Shown here piece after piece: positions 9,000-17,935 of a stretch of DNA of 34,248 nucleotides. The notes under the pieces are model-generated. The model was not told where the DNA came from. It saw nothing but the letters and a program-made list of their open reading frames with translations, and searched no databases. Position numbers and translations under genes: made by a program. Source of the stretch: Rickettsiales bacterium (GTDB lineage Bacteria; Pseudomonadota; Alphaproteobacteria; Rickettsiales; UBA1997); contig JAQTXT010000002.1 in NCBI GenBank assembly GCA_028688645.1, positions 1 to 34,248 on the forward strand, written 5' to 3'. The number at the start of each line of letters is the position of its first letter. The first letter of the stretch is position 1.

Positions 9000-9602
9000 A
9001 TGACTTGGTACATTTTTAGACATTGTGAAACATTAAGTAATAAGCTTAAAGCTAGGTTTTGTGGGGAAACTGAAACATTATTGACACTTAAAGGTATAGA
9101 TCAAGCAAAATCAATAGGACATAGGCTTTTAAATACAAAAGAAGATTTTTCAAAATTTGAATTTATATCAAGCCCGTTAGCAAGAACTAGACACACTATG
9201 CAAATTGTTTTAGAAACTTTAAAGCTTGAAAATAAAGATATAATAGAAGAACTTTTACTAAAAACAAAATACAGAGGACTTCTTGAAGGAATGTTAAGAG
9301 AAGAAGGAAAAGCTAAATACTATAAAGAATTTGAGGAAAAAGAAAAAAACTATTGGAATTGGTGTCCTCCAGGTAACGGTGAAAGTTATGCTTCGGAATA
9401 TCAAAGAGTACTAAAATTTGTTGAAAAATATAAAGATAAAGAGAATTTGTTGATATGCGGACATCAAGGTACAATTTCTGTTTTAGTTAAAGTATTAGAT
9501 GGTTGGAACGAAGAACAAATTAGAGAAAATAGAAAAAGTTTAAAAACTGATCAAAATTATTTTTATTCCTATGATAAAAAAAATGGGGTTATAAATTTAT
9601 AG
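9000..9602 (+). CDS. histidine phosphatase family (phosphoglycerate mutase-like) protein
   Basis: N-terminal FRHCET (RHG-type motif with Cys in place of Gly), a second R/H pair (SPLARTRHT), and a late GHQGT motif. Confidence 0.75.
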   Translation: MTWYIFRHCETLSNKLKARFCGETETLLTLKGIDQAKSIGHRLLNTKEDFSKFEFISSPLARTRHTMQIVLETLKLENKDIIEELLLKTKYRGLLEGMLREEGKAKYYKEFEEKEKNYWNWCPPGNGESYASEYQRVLKFVEKYKDKENLLICGHQGTISVLVKVLDGWNEEQIRENRKSLKTDQNYFYSYDKKNGVINL

Positions 9603-9657
9603 TCTTCCATAAAAAGTTTTTTAAATAATCATAAAATAAGTTCTTTTAAGGGAATTT

Positions 9658-10500
9658 ATGAAAACTATTGCAGATGATTTAAAAACCAATTTTGAGCGAA
9701 ATACTACAAATATTATAAAGTGTTGGAAAATAACTCTAAAAGATGATATGGTTATTGGTTTTACAACAAATAATGAAAATTTTACTTACAACGAAATAAT
9801 ATATAATTCATTCTCCAGCAACGATATTACTAATATAAAAACCAATTTAGATATTGAAGAAGATAGTTTTGAATTTTCTAATATAATTTCAAGTAGTTTA
9901 ATATCAGCAAATGATATTTTAGCGGGTAAATATGATAATGCTTTAATAGAAATTTTTCTTTTAGATATAAAAAATCAGATTAATGGAAAAGTAATTTTAT
10001 TAACTGGGACAGTATCAGACATGGAATGCAAAGGTGATATATTCACAGCCAAAGTAAAAGGATTAAAAGATAAAATAAACAAAACAATTGGCGAAGTCTA
10101 TTCACCTTTATGTAGATGTAGTTTTTGTGATACAAAATGTGGATTAGATAAAACCAATCTTACATTTTCAGCAACAATCACTAATGTTTTAGATGATGTT
10201 TCATTCATAACGAATAATGAAACAATTTTAAATCAAAGTAGCGGATATTTTGACAATGGAATAATCGAATTTACTAGCGGAAATAATGACGGGCAGAAGA
10301 TAGAAATCAAACAATATGCCAATGGAACTTTTATTTTATCACTTAATTTACCGAATGAGTTAATGGCTGGAGATGATTTTAATGTTATTACTGGCTGTAA
10401 TAAACAATTTACCACATGCTGCAACAAATTTAGCAATGCTATAAATTTCAGAGGTGAACCACATTTACCCGGTATGAAAATTTTATTAAAGGTTATGTAA
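9658..10500 (+). CDS. DUF2163 / phage BR0599-type protein, homologue of the GTA distal tail gene (RcGTA g13-like)
   Basis: IKCWKITLKDDMVIGFTTNNENFTYNEIIY fits the DUF2163 start. The C-terminus CRCSFCDTKCGLDK...GDDFNVITGCNKQFTTCCNKFSNAINFRGEPHLPG fits the BR0599 signature. Confidence 0.8.
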   Translation: MKTIADDLKTNFERNTTNIIKCWKITLKDDMVIGFTTNNENFTYNEIIYNSFSSNDITNIKTNLDIEEDSFEFSNIISSSLISANDILAGKYDNALIEIFLLDIKNQINGKVILLTGTVSDMECKGDIFTAKVKGLKDKINKTIGEVYSPLCRCSFCDTKCGLDKTNLTFSATITNVLDDVSFITNNETILNQSSGYFDNGIIEFTSGNNDGQKIEIKQYANGTFILSLNLPNELMAGDDFNVITGCNKQFTTCCNKFSNAINFRGEPHLPGMKILLKVM

Positions 10501-10501
10501 T

Positions 10502-10933
10502 ATGTTTACAAGACAAGAAATCGTAGAACAAGCTAGAACTTGGGTGGGAACTAAATTTAGATATCAAGGAAGAATTAAACAAAATCAAAATAATAAAGGC
10601 GGCGTTGACTGCCTCGGTTTTATTATTGGGTTATGTAATGAAATAGGATATAAACAAAATAATAATTCAATCAGTTATTATGACACAATAATCTATTCAA
10701 AAAAACCAGATTATAATATATTATGGGAAAAATTTGCAGAAATTTTTTATTTGAAAGACATAAAAAATATTGATATTGGTGATATAGTTTTAAAAAAAAT
10801 TAGCAACAATCAATATCACTTAATGTTATATACTGGCAAAACATTAATACATGCTTCAGCAGCAACAAGAACAGTGGTAGAACATAGTGTAGATGGATTA
10901 CATAATTGCATAATATATTCAATGTTTCCTTAA
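10502..10933 (+). CDS. NlpC/P60 family phage-type cell wall peptidase (RcGTA g14-like)
   Basis: Catalytic Cys context GGVDCLGFI and His context YHLMLYTG...LIHAS. The start lies 1 nt after the stop of the preceding gene (TAATATG), matching the conserved g13-g14 order. Confidence 0.8.
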   Translation: MFTRQEIVEQARTWVGTKFRYQGRIKQNQNNKGGVDCLGFIIGLCNEIGYKQNNNSISYYDTIIYSKKPDYNILWEKFAEIFYLKDIKNIDIGDIVLKKISNNQYHLMLYTGKTLIHASAATRTVVEHSVDGLHNCIIYSMFP

Positions 10934-10940
10934 ACAAAAA

Positions 10941-11783
10941 CTAATCCAGAACTGAGAAAAAATTATTTAATATTTCTGAAAAAATATTGCCGTAGAATAC
11001 TATAGTTTCGTCATCAAATCTTTCTATTTTTAATTCTTTTAAATCGCATCTATTTTTGATAGTATCACATAATTGACTATTTCCAAATCTTACTTTTAGT
11101 GGATGATTATAAAAATTTTGCTTTTTTTCAAAAGTATTCTCTTTAAATAAATCTATAGCTTGTTTAGAATTTTTACATATTAATTTATTTGCTTCTTTTG
11201 ATGATATCGTTGAAATTACACCATTTGTACATTCTTTTACAACAGTGGTAATTGCATTATTATGTTGTTTTTGTTCATTACAACCAGCTTTATCACCACT
11301 TATAAAAATAACTGGAGCACCTTTTTCTTCAGCTAATAAATTAATTATATCCACTTCTCCGATAGGTTTATCATTATATTTAATTGATTTTATATAACAT
11401 GGTAAATACCAAGAATGTGAAAGAATTCCATCAATTGTATTGACTTTAGAATGCATACCTACAATAAAAATTGCATCAAAACTTTTTGAAAAAAATTCTG
11501 GAAGCATTAAGTTTAAACCATTTACAAGACTAACCTTTTTGTTTAATTTGTTAGAAATAATATTATTAGAAAACCAGTGAAGATCATTTAGGAAAATATT
11601 AGAAACTCCACTTTTTAAAACCCCTTTAACACATGAATTTATTTCATCCATCATTAAAGCTTGTCCTTTATGGTAATTTGGACATCCTGGATCTACCTCA
11701 TCCCACGAAGTTATATTATTTACACCTTCCATGTCTAAATAAATCCAAACACTACACTCTTTTTTTTTCTTAAAGAATAACAT
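10941..11783 (-). CDS. M55 family D-aminopeptidase (DppA-like)
   Basis: IYLDMEGVNNITSWDEV, NYHKGQALMMDEIN, FLNDLHW, GMHSK...GILSHS and APVIFISGDKA parallel the B. subtilis DppA motifs (VDMEGISG, VNDSH, GYHA..SHS, VPVLMVAGD). Confidence 0.8.
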   Translation of the reverse strand: MLFFKKKKECSVWIYLDMEGVNNITSWDEVDPGCPNYHKGQALMMDEINSCVKGVLKSGVSNIFLNDLHWFSNNIISNKLNKKVSLVNGLNLMLPEFFSKSFDAIFIVGMHSKVNTIDGILSHSWYLPCYIKSIKYNDKPIGEVDIINLLAEEKGAPVIFISGDKAGCNEQKQHNNAITTVVKECTNGVISTISSKEANKLICKNSKQAIDLFKENTFEKKQNFYNHPLKVRFGNSQLCDTIKNRCDLKELKIERFDDETIVFYGNIFSEILNNFFSVLD

Positions 11784-11810
11784 ATTATAAAAGTATTTTA
11801 ATTAATTTAA

Positions 11811-11837
11811 TAGGAGGAGAATAACATTCTCCTCCTA
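11811..11837 (-). terminator. strong hairpin terminator downstream of cspA
   Basis: TAGGAGGAGAAT, a 3 nt loop, then ATTCTCCTCCTA (12 bp perfect stem), 38 nt after the cspA stop and followed on the minus strand by an A/T-rich tail. Confidence 0.6.
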
Positions 11838-11874
11838 TATAGAATAAAGCAGTCAACAACTGCAATAAACCAAA

Positions 11875-12078
11875 CTAAATCTTTCTCAAATTTACGGCAG
11901 AAATTTTGCCTTTGTTTGTAACGGTTTCAAAAGAAACTTTATCCCCGTCTTTCAAAGATCCAACACCTGATTCTTCAACTGCTGAAATATGAACGAAAAC
12001 GTCTTTACTATTATCAGAAGGAGTTATAAAACCATAACCTTTTGCAGCATTAAACCACTTAACTACACCATTTAACAT
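11875..12078 (-). CDS. cspA: cold-shock protein, CspA family
   Basis: 67 aa with RNP1 KGYGFI and RNP2 VFVHIS motifs. Confidence 0.95.
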   Translation of the reverse strand: MLNGVVKWFNAAKGYGFITPSDNSKDVFVHISAVEESGVGSLKDGDKVSFETVTNKGKISAVNLRKI

Positions 12079-12170
12079 AACTATACTTAAAACTTTATTA
12101 TTAAAAAAACATTAGAGATCTTTAGGATTGGATTTTGATTTCGCAAAGAAGAAGACGACTAACTATAACT

Positions 12171-12199
12171 ATCATACAATCTACTATTATAATAAGCAA
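12171..12199 (-). promoter_or_regulatory. candidate sigma70 promoter for cspA (TTGCTT-17-TATGAT on the minus strand)
   Basis: Hexamers read from the reverse complement. It would give a leader of roughly 85 nt, in line with the long 5' UTRs usual for csp genes. Hexamer matches are cheap in AT-rich DNA. Confidence 0.3.
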
Positions 12200-12471
12200 C
12201 TTTTATTTTTAACCCATATATAAATACATGACATTTAAGGAAAATTTGTTAAAATATATAACAAATGAATCTTAATTTTATTATTTAAAATAATAGTTTT
12301 ATTATTAATGAAATTTTCTTAGAAGTTTATGCTATAAGAACTGCTAAAATAAAAAAATATATAATATTGTGGATTATATAAAGCTCTTGATTTATTAAGT
12401 CCTATTTAATACTATAAAAAGCTAATGGGTGGAAATATATAATTAATTCTTATTAAACAATAATTTTTATT

Positions 12472-13617
12472 ATGCAAAATTTATCAATTTATATTCACTA
12501 TCCATTTTGTAAATCAAAGTGTCCTTACTGTGATTTTAATTCATATTGTAATATTAAAATTGACGAAGAAAAATTATTACAGGCTTATTTGAACGAAATT
12601 GAATTTTATAAAGAAACTATTAAAGATAGAAACATTAACACAATATATTTTGGTGGTGGAACACCATCTTTGATGGGCGAAAATTTATTGTCAAAAATCT
12701 TTGAGAAAATTAATAAAATAGGAAAAATTAACAAAAATTGTGAAATAAGTTTAGAAGCTAATCCAAATAGTATTACTTATGATAAGCTAAAAAATTTTAA
12801 AAATATCGGAATAAATAGACTGTCTATTGGGGTACAATCTTTATATGATGAAGATTTGAAAAAACTTGGTAGAATACACAATAGACAAAATGCCTTGGAC
12901 GCTATAAAATCTGCTCAAGAAATTTTTGGTAATAGATACTCTGTTGATTTGATTTATGCTAGACCAAATCAGACTAAGGAAGCTTGGAAAAATGAACTTG
13001 AAGAAGCTATAAAGTTATCGCCATTTCATATTTCTTTATATCAATTAATTATAGAAAAAGGAACTCTTTTTTATAAAAATAAAATTCAAGTTCCAAATGA
13101 CGATGTAGGTATTGATTTATATAATACAACCAATGAAATTTTGGAAAAAAATAATATAAAATTTTACGAAATATCTAATTATGCAAAAAATGGTTATGAG
13201 TGTAAACATAATTTAGTTTATTGGCAAAATGGTAATTGGCTTGGAATAGGCGCTGGTGCTCATTCAAGATTAGATTTGAATGGCAAAAGATATGCAATAG
13301 AAAATATAAGAGATCCAGAAAAATGGGTGGATAGTTGTTTAATTAAAAGCTGTGGAAAAAGTAAAAAATATTATCTGTCCACTAAGGAAATAATAGAAGA
13401 ATTTATTCTAATGGGTTTAAGAATAAAAGATGGAATAGATATAACAAATTTGCAAAAAAATATAAAATGTGAAAGTTTTTATGATATTCTTGATAAGAAA
13501 AATGTAGATTTTCTTGTTAAAAATCATTTTATAAAAGCAAATGATAATAAAATAAAAATTAATAAAAATAGTTTTATTCTTTTAAATTCGATTATTGAAA
13601 AAGTATTGTTATTTTAA
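12472..13617 (+). CDS. hemW: radical SAM heme chaperone HemW (HemN-like, oxygen-independent coproporphyrinogen oxidase family)
   Basis: 381 aa with YIHYPFCKSKCPYCDF (CxxxCxxC), GGGTPS, and a HemN C-terminal-like domain. The size fits HemW rather than HemN. Confidence 0.9.
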   Translation: MQNLSIYIHYPFCKSKCPYCDFNSYCNIKIDEEKLLQAYLNEIEFYKETIKDRNINTIYFGGGTPSLMGENLLSKIFEKINKIGKINKNCEISLEANPNSITYDKLKNFKNIGINRLSIGVQSLYDEDLKKLGRIHNRQNALDAIKSAQEIFGNRYSVDLIYARPNQTKEAWKNELEEAIKLSPFHISLYQLIIEKGTLFYKNKIQVPNDDVGIDLYNTTNEILEKNNIKFYEISNYAKNGYECKHNLVYWQNGNWLGIGAGAHSRLDLNGKRYAIENIRDPEKWVDSCLIKSCGKSKKYYLSTKEIIEEFILMGLRIKDGIDITNLQKNIKCESFYDILDKKNVDFLVKNHFIKANDNKIKINKNSFILLNSIIEKVLLF

Positions 13618-13708
13618 TCAACTATAAAACTAAATAACTATAAAATTATTTTTCTTGTTTTTTTCATTATTGTTTATAGATTTAAGGTTGATTAACTTTA
13701 AATAAAAA

Positions 13709-14593
13709 ATGAAGAAAAAATATACTGGTTTCACTCTTCTTGAATTATCTATTGTTTTAATAATATCTAGTATGCTTTTAACAATTACTTTTAATAGTGG
13801 AAAGTATTTTCTGGAACAAAATCATATAAGAGCTACACATGTAAAATTAGATACGATTCAAAATGCTTTGGATATTTATTTAATTCAAAATAGAAAATTG
13901 CCTTGTCCTGCGGGATTAACTATTGCAAGTGGTGAAGAATTATCTTCTTGTATAACATCCAGTTCTTCAAACGGACTATTTGTTAATAATGGAGTTGCTA
14001 GAGGTTGGGTTCCTTATGAAGAATTAAATTTAACTTCTGATGTTGCTTACGATTCTTGGGGTGATAAGATAACTTATAGTGTTAGTATTGATGCTGTCGG
14101 TAATTTTACAGAAATGGAAGACGGTTTTCAAGGAATAACTATTTATGATAATACAACTTCAAAACTTATAACAAATAAAGCCGTTTATTCTCTTAATTCG
14201 CATGGCAAAAATAAATTAGGTGCTTATAATAAAGATGGTTCCGCTATTACTACTACAGGCATTTCTAGTGCTGAAAATGTAAATGTTCCCTCATTAAGCA
14301 CTTCTAGTAATTTATTTGTTTATTTTAGTGATTATAAAACTTATGACGATATAGGAAAATATAAGACTAGAATGCAAATAATCATAGACGGAAATATTGA
14401 AGATATAAGTTGTTATATAACATCAACTATTGTTTCTGATTTAATAACTAATGCAGGTATAACTGATAGTCCAACTTTTACCGTTCCGACTGATAATTTT
14501 TTGAAATATGGTAATAATATAGTCAGTATAGATAGCGAATATAAAATAAAATGTTTTAAGTATGGCAGACTTGGCATATCAAAGAATGAATAG
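13709..14593 (+). CDS. prepilin-type N-terminal cleavage/methylation domain protein (type IV pilin / pseudopilin-like)
   Basis: MKKKYTG|FTLLELSIVLIISSML has a short basic leader, Gly at -1, Phe at +1, Glu at +5 and a hydrophobic helix. It is paralogous to the N-terminal ~230 aa of the next gene. Confidence 0.8.
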   Translation: MKKKYTGFTLLELSIVLIISSMLLTITFNSGKYFLEQNHIRATHVKLDTIQNALDIYLIQNRKLPCPAGLTIASGEELSSCITSSSSNGLFVNNGVARGWVPYEELNLTSDVAYDSWGDKITYSVSIDAVGNFTEMEDGFQGITIYDNTTSKLITNKAVYSLNSHGKNKLGAYNKDGSAITTTGISSAENVNVPSLSTSSNLFVYFSDYKTYDDIGKYKTRMQIIIDGNIEDISCYITSTIVSDLITNAGITDSPTFTVPTDNFLKYGNNIVSIDSEYKIKCFKYGRLGISKNE

Positions 14594-14618
14594 CTTAAAA
14601 TTATAATTTTTATTAATT

Positions 14619-16976
14619 TTGTATATATTTATGATTAATTTTTTTTCAAAATTGTTATTTAAATTGCGCAATGTTTTAGCTTTTAAAAAAAATATTGTGA
14701 GTCGCTTTTTTCTAAAGAGAAAATTGTTGTGTGAAAAAAGATTCAAAATGGCATTTACACTGCTTGAGATGAGTGTAACTATACTGATACTTAGTATAAT
14801 TTTGATTGGTTCTATAAATTTTCAAATTTTTACTGATAAAAAATCCAAAGAAAACATAACGATTGATAAAATAAAAAGAATTGAACAGTCTATTAGAGAA
14901 TATTTTCTTGAGAATGAAAAATTACCTTGTCCTTCCGATCTTACTTTGTTAAAAACAAATGCTACTTATGGCGAAGAATTGAGGGTTGGCGGTATTTGTG
15001 AGGCTGCAAGTTCGGAGTTTCGTAAAGTTGATCTGATTTATGGTGGTGTTCCAACAAAAACTTTGGGATTAACTGATGATTATGCAGTAGATCCTTGGAA
15101 TAATAGAATTGCATATATAATAGAAAAAGGTTATGGCGATAATAAAATTTATTTAGTAGGAGATAGTGAAACTTTAATCATTAACAATACTTCTGGTAAT
15201 CAGATAACCAATAAGGCTGTTTATGTATTGGTTAGTGGCGGACAAAATAAAAATGGTGTTTTTAAAGACGGAACTCAATTACCAATTAATACGACATTGG
15301 CTGATAATGAAAACCTTTTTTCAACCAGTTTTGATAATATTTTTATAAAAGATATTAATACAAATTCTTTTGATGATATAGTAGCATTTAAGGATAAGGA
15401 AAATCTTATATTTAAAGATGATATGGAATCCTTGCCATGTACTTTAAAAGATTTAAGTGAATTAGATTCTGATTGGAATTATACTTCTTATGATTCTTGT
15501 GATAGTAGTGGAATTTGTGAACAAGGTACCGTTGTCGTATCTTTAAATGAGTGTCCAAGTGGTAAAATTTCAAAAAATCCTGACAATTCAAGTGTTTCTG
15601 GGGTTTCTTATAGACCAGTTAGAAAATGTTTAAAATACGGTCAATGGAGCGATATTATATTCCCTTGTATCGATGGGTGCGGTGAATCCAATATTGCAAG
15701 TATAGTAACTAACATGTTGCCAACTAGCGGTGAATTAGCAAGCTGTATCGATTTGAATTATTTAAAAAGGTGTAAACTTGGGGAAGAAATTGTATTAGAA
15801 TGCATTGGTGAAAACAGAATTGGTTATATAACATTAAAATGTCAGTCACCTGATGGCTTATGGGAGCATGTTAATGGTGATTGTTATGAAAAAGAACAAA
15901 CTAGTACTAATGTATGTCAAAATTCAGAATTAAATTCAAATATTAACAATTTCACTTTTTTAACTACCGTAGGAACCACACCAGCTTCTGGAGTGGTTTA
16001 TGGAGATTGTAGTACTGGCTATGAAGTGCAAAGTGGTGGAAGCCCTACAATAATGGCAAGTTGTCAAGCTGATGAAACTTGGAGTTTTAGTGGCGGTCCT
16101 TGTGTACTTCCTGGCGGAATTTGTAGTAATTCTATTATAGATAACAATACTGTGAATTTTATATTTCCTAATATTGCAAGTGGAACTACTGCAAATGGAA
16201 GCTCTCAGTGGGGTGGACAATGTAAAACGGGATATGGTGTTCCTCAAGGTGGAGATTGGAACTTAATGGCAACTTGCATTAATGGACTTTGGAATTATTA
16301 TGGTGGTCCTTGTGCTATACAATGTCAAAATAGTACTTTAAATGACAATACATATCATTTTTATTATACTACTTTAACTGGTTTGACATCTCAAGGTTTT
16401 ACACAAGGCGCAGATTCTTGTGCAACTGGTTATAATATAGATGGTGGTGTTTGGAATATGGTTGCAACTTGTTCTAGCGGTGGTATTTGGAGTTATACTG
16501 GTGGTCCTTGTGTGCAAAGTTGCCTTAATTCCGAGCTAGTTAATAATACCCTTAATTATGCCTTTACATATTCAACCACATATACAAATTCTGGAGCTAC
16601 TCTATGGGGTGATTGTGCTGATGGATATACACATACATCAGGTACTTGGACATATACTGCATCTTGTAGTCAAGGAGTGTGGACATATAGTGGAGGCGTT
16701 TGCAGCCTAACTGGTTGCGAAATATCCACTATAGGAACAGATTTATCCAATAGTAATTATGATAATGTTATATGGAAGGAATGTCGGAATCAAAATTGTC
16801 ATACCAATCAATTAATAGATATCACAAGTAATGCCGTCGATACTAATAAATATATACTACAAAATAGTTGTAAAGATGGTTATACTCCAAGCAGTGGAAC
16901 GAATGTTAAATTATATTGTAATTCAAGTAAAAATTGGCAATATGTTAGTGGAACTTCACAATGTTTACCGCAATAA
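14619..16976 (+). CDS. pilin-like protein with a C-terminal array of Sushi/CCP-like four-cysteine modules
   Basis: It carries AFTLLEMSVTILILSIILIG (prepilin motif plus helix). It shares LPCP, DPWNNRIAYI and NKAVYVLVSGGQNKNG blocks with 13709..14593, followed by tandem Cys-rich modules. The true start is probably TTG at 14724/14727 (after AAAGAGA) or ATG at 14748, not 14619. Confidence 0.75.
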   Translation: MYIFMINFFSKLLFKLRNVLAFKKNIVSRFFLKRKLLCEKRFKMAFTLLEMSVTILILSIILIGSINFQIFTDKKSKENITIDKIKRIEQSIREYFLENEKLPCPSDLTLLKTNATYGEELRVGGICEAASSEFRKVDLIYGGVPTKTLGLTDDYAVDPWNNRIAYIIEKGYGDNKIYLVGDSETLIINNTSGNQITNKAVYVLVSGGQNKNGVFKDGTQLPINTTLADNENLFSTSFDNIFIKDINTNSFDDIVAFKDKENLIFKDDMESLPCTLKDLSELDSDWNYTSYDSCDSSGICEQGTVVVSLNECPSGKISKNPDNSSVSGVSYRPVRKCLKYGQWSDIIFPCIDGCGESNIASIVTNMLPTSGELASCIDLNYLKRCKLGEEIVLECIGENRIGYITLKCQSPDGLWEHVNGDCYEKEQTSTNVCQNSELNSNINNFTFLTTVGTTPASGVVYGDCSTGYEVQSGGSPTIMASCQADETWSFSGGPCVLPGGICSNSIIDNNTVNFIFPNIASGTTANGSSQWGGQCKTGYGVPQGGDWNLMATCINGLWNYYGGPCAIQCQNSTLNDNTYHFYYTTLTGLTSQGFTQGADSCATGYNIDGGVWNMVATCSSGGIWSYTGGPCVQSCLNSELVNNTLNYAFTYSTTYTNSGATLWGDCADGYTHTSGTWTYTASCSQGVWTYSGGVCSLTGCEISTIGTDLSNSNYDNVIWKECRNQNCHTNQLIDITSNAVDTNKYILQNSCKDGYTPSSGTNVKLYCNSSKNWQYVSGTSQCLPQ
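15915..16715 (+). repeat. four tandem in-frame coding repeats of 65-69 codons (15915-16121, 16122-16322, 16323-16520, 16521-16715)
   Basis: Each unit reads C-x(30-32)-C-x2-GY-x(12-13)-C-x(4-5)-W-x6-C with 3-6 aa linkers. The units are diverged at the DNA level. Degenerate related modules flank the array. Confidence 0.85.
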
Positions 16977-17101
16977 ATTTAGCATAGGATAATTTTATAT
17001 TAAATTTTTTGTGGAAAATATTATAAAACTTCCCATACTCAGATGTCTTTTTTCCATTGAAAAATTTCAAATTATTTATGCAACAGGTCTATTATCTAAA
17101 A

Positions 17102-17776
17102 TTAATTAACTATAAATTCTAAAAAATAACTTTCTCTACCTTCTTTTATTGCTTTTTGTTGGTATTTTGTTCGAACCCACCAATCAGGTTCTTTTTTACA
17201 TTCTTCTAAATTAGTAAATAATGGTTTGAATTTTCCTTTTGTAAAATTACATGTCCATTTAATATAATCTAAAATATCACTAGCAAAAAATAAAATACCG
17301 TCCTTTTTTAATTTGGATTGAATCAATTGTACGAATTCTTCGCTAATAATTCTTTTTTTATTTTGTCTGTTTTTTGGCCAAGGATCTGGAAATAATATAA
17401 ATATTTTATCTATTGAATTATTTGGCAATTTTTCTAGTAGTAATCTTGCATCACCATTAAAAATTCTAATATTTTCAATTTCTTCTATTTCAATTTTGTC
17501 TAGTAACGACAAAACGCCATTTATATATGTTTCGCACCCAACAATATTATAATCTTTGTTTAATAAAGCTTGATGTGCCGTATGCTCACCATACCCAAAT
17601 CCAATTTCAAAAAATAGCTTTTGATTATTATTTGGAAAATTTATTAAGTTATTGTTGTCAATTTCAATTTTGAATTTTGGAAAAAAATTTTCCATTTTTT
17701 TCAGTTTTATATCACCTAGTTTTCTGTTTTTTATTCTTCCGAATGTTCTAATTTTAAATTTTTCCATTTCCGCCAA
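17102..17776 (-). CDS. trmB: tRNA (guanine-N7)-methyltransferase TrmB
   Basis: EIGFGYGEH (SAM-binding motif) and FPDPWPKNRQNKKR signature. The track start at 17776 is TTG; ATG at 17767 is an equally plausible start. Confidence 0.9.
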   Translation of the reverse strand: MAEMEKFKIRTFGRIKNRKLGDIKLKKMENFFPKFKIEIDNNNLINFPNNNQKLFFEIGFGYGEHTAHQALLNKDYNIVGCETYINGVLSLLDKIEIEEIENIRIFNGDARLLLEKLPNNSIDKIFILFPDPWPKNRQNKKRIISEEFVQLIQSKLKKDGILFFASDILDYIKWTCNFTKGKFKPLFTNLEECKKEPDWWVRTKYQQKAIKEGRESYFLEFIVN

Positions 17777-17803
17777 TCAATTTGTTTTAATTACAATATA
17801 ACT

Positions 17804-17911
17804 TTTTAATCTACTATATTTAATTGAAATATTAAATATCATATCTGAATAATTTGCAATATTAAATTTTATCTTATATTTGCAAAATTATTATTTTAAT
17901 CTACTATATTT
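17804..17911. repeat. 18 bp perfect direct repeat TTTTAATCTACTATATTT (17804-17821 and 17894-17911)
   Basis: Read directly from the sequence. Both copies lie in the divergent trmB / yggT-like intergenic region. The core AATCTACTAT also occurs at 12178-12187 in the cspA promoter region. Confidence 0.9.
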
Positions 17912-17935
17912 TCATTATAACTAATTTTAAAAATA

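Noticed and set aside
14619-14747. The 43-codon N-terminal extension of the pilin-Sushi ORF, starting at TTG 14619 in the track.
   Set aside because: It would give an implausibly long leader rich in F, K and L ahead of the AFTLLE motif, and it has no RBS. A start at TTG 14724/14727 (after AAAGAGA) or ATG 14748 is more likely. The feature keeps the track coordinates, with this caveat.
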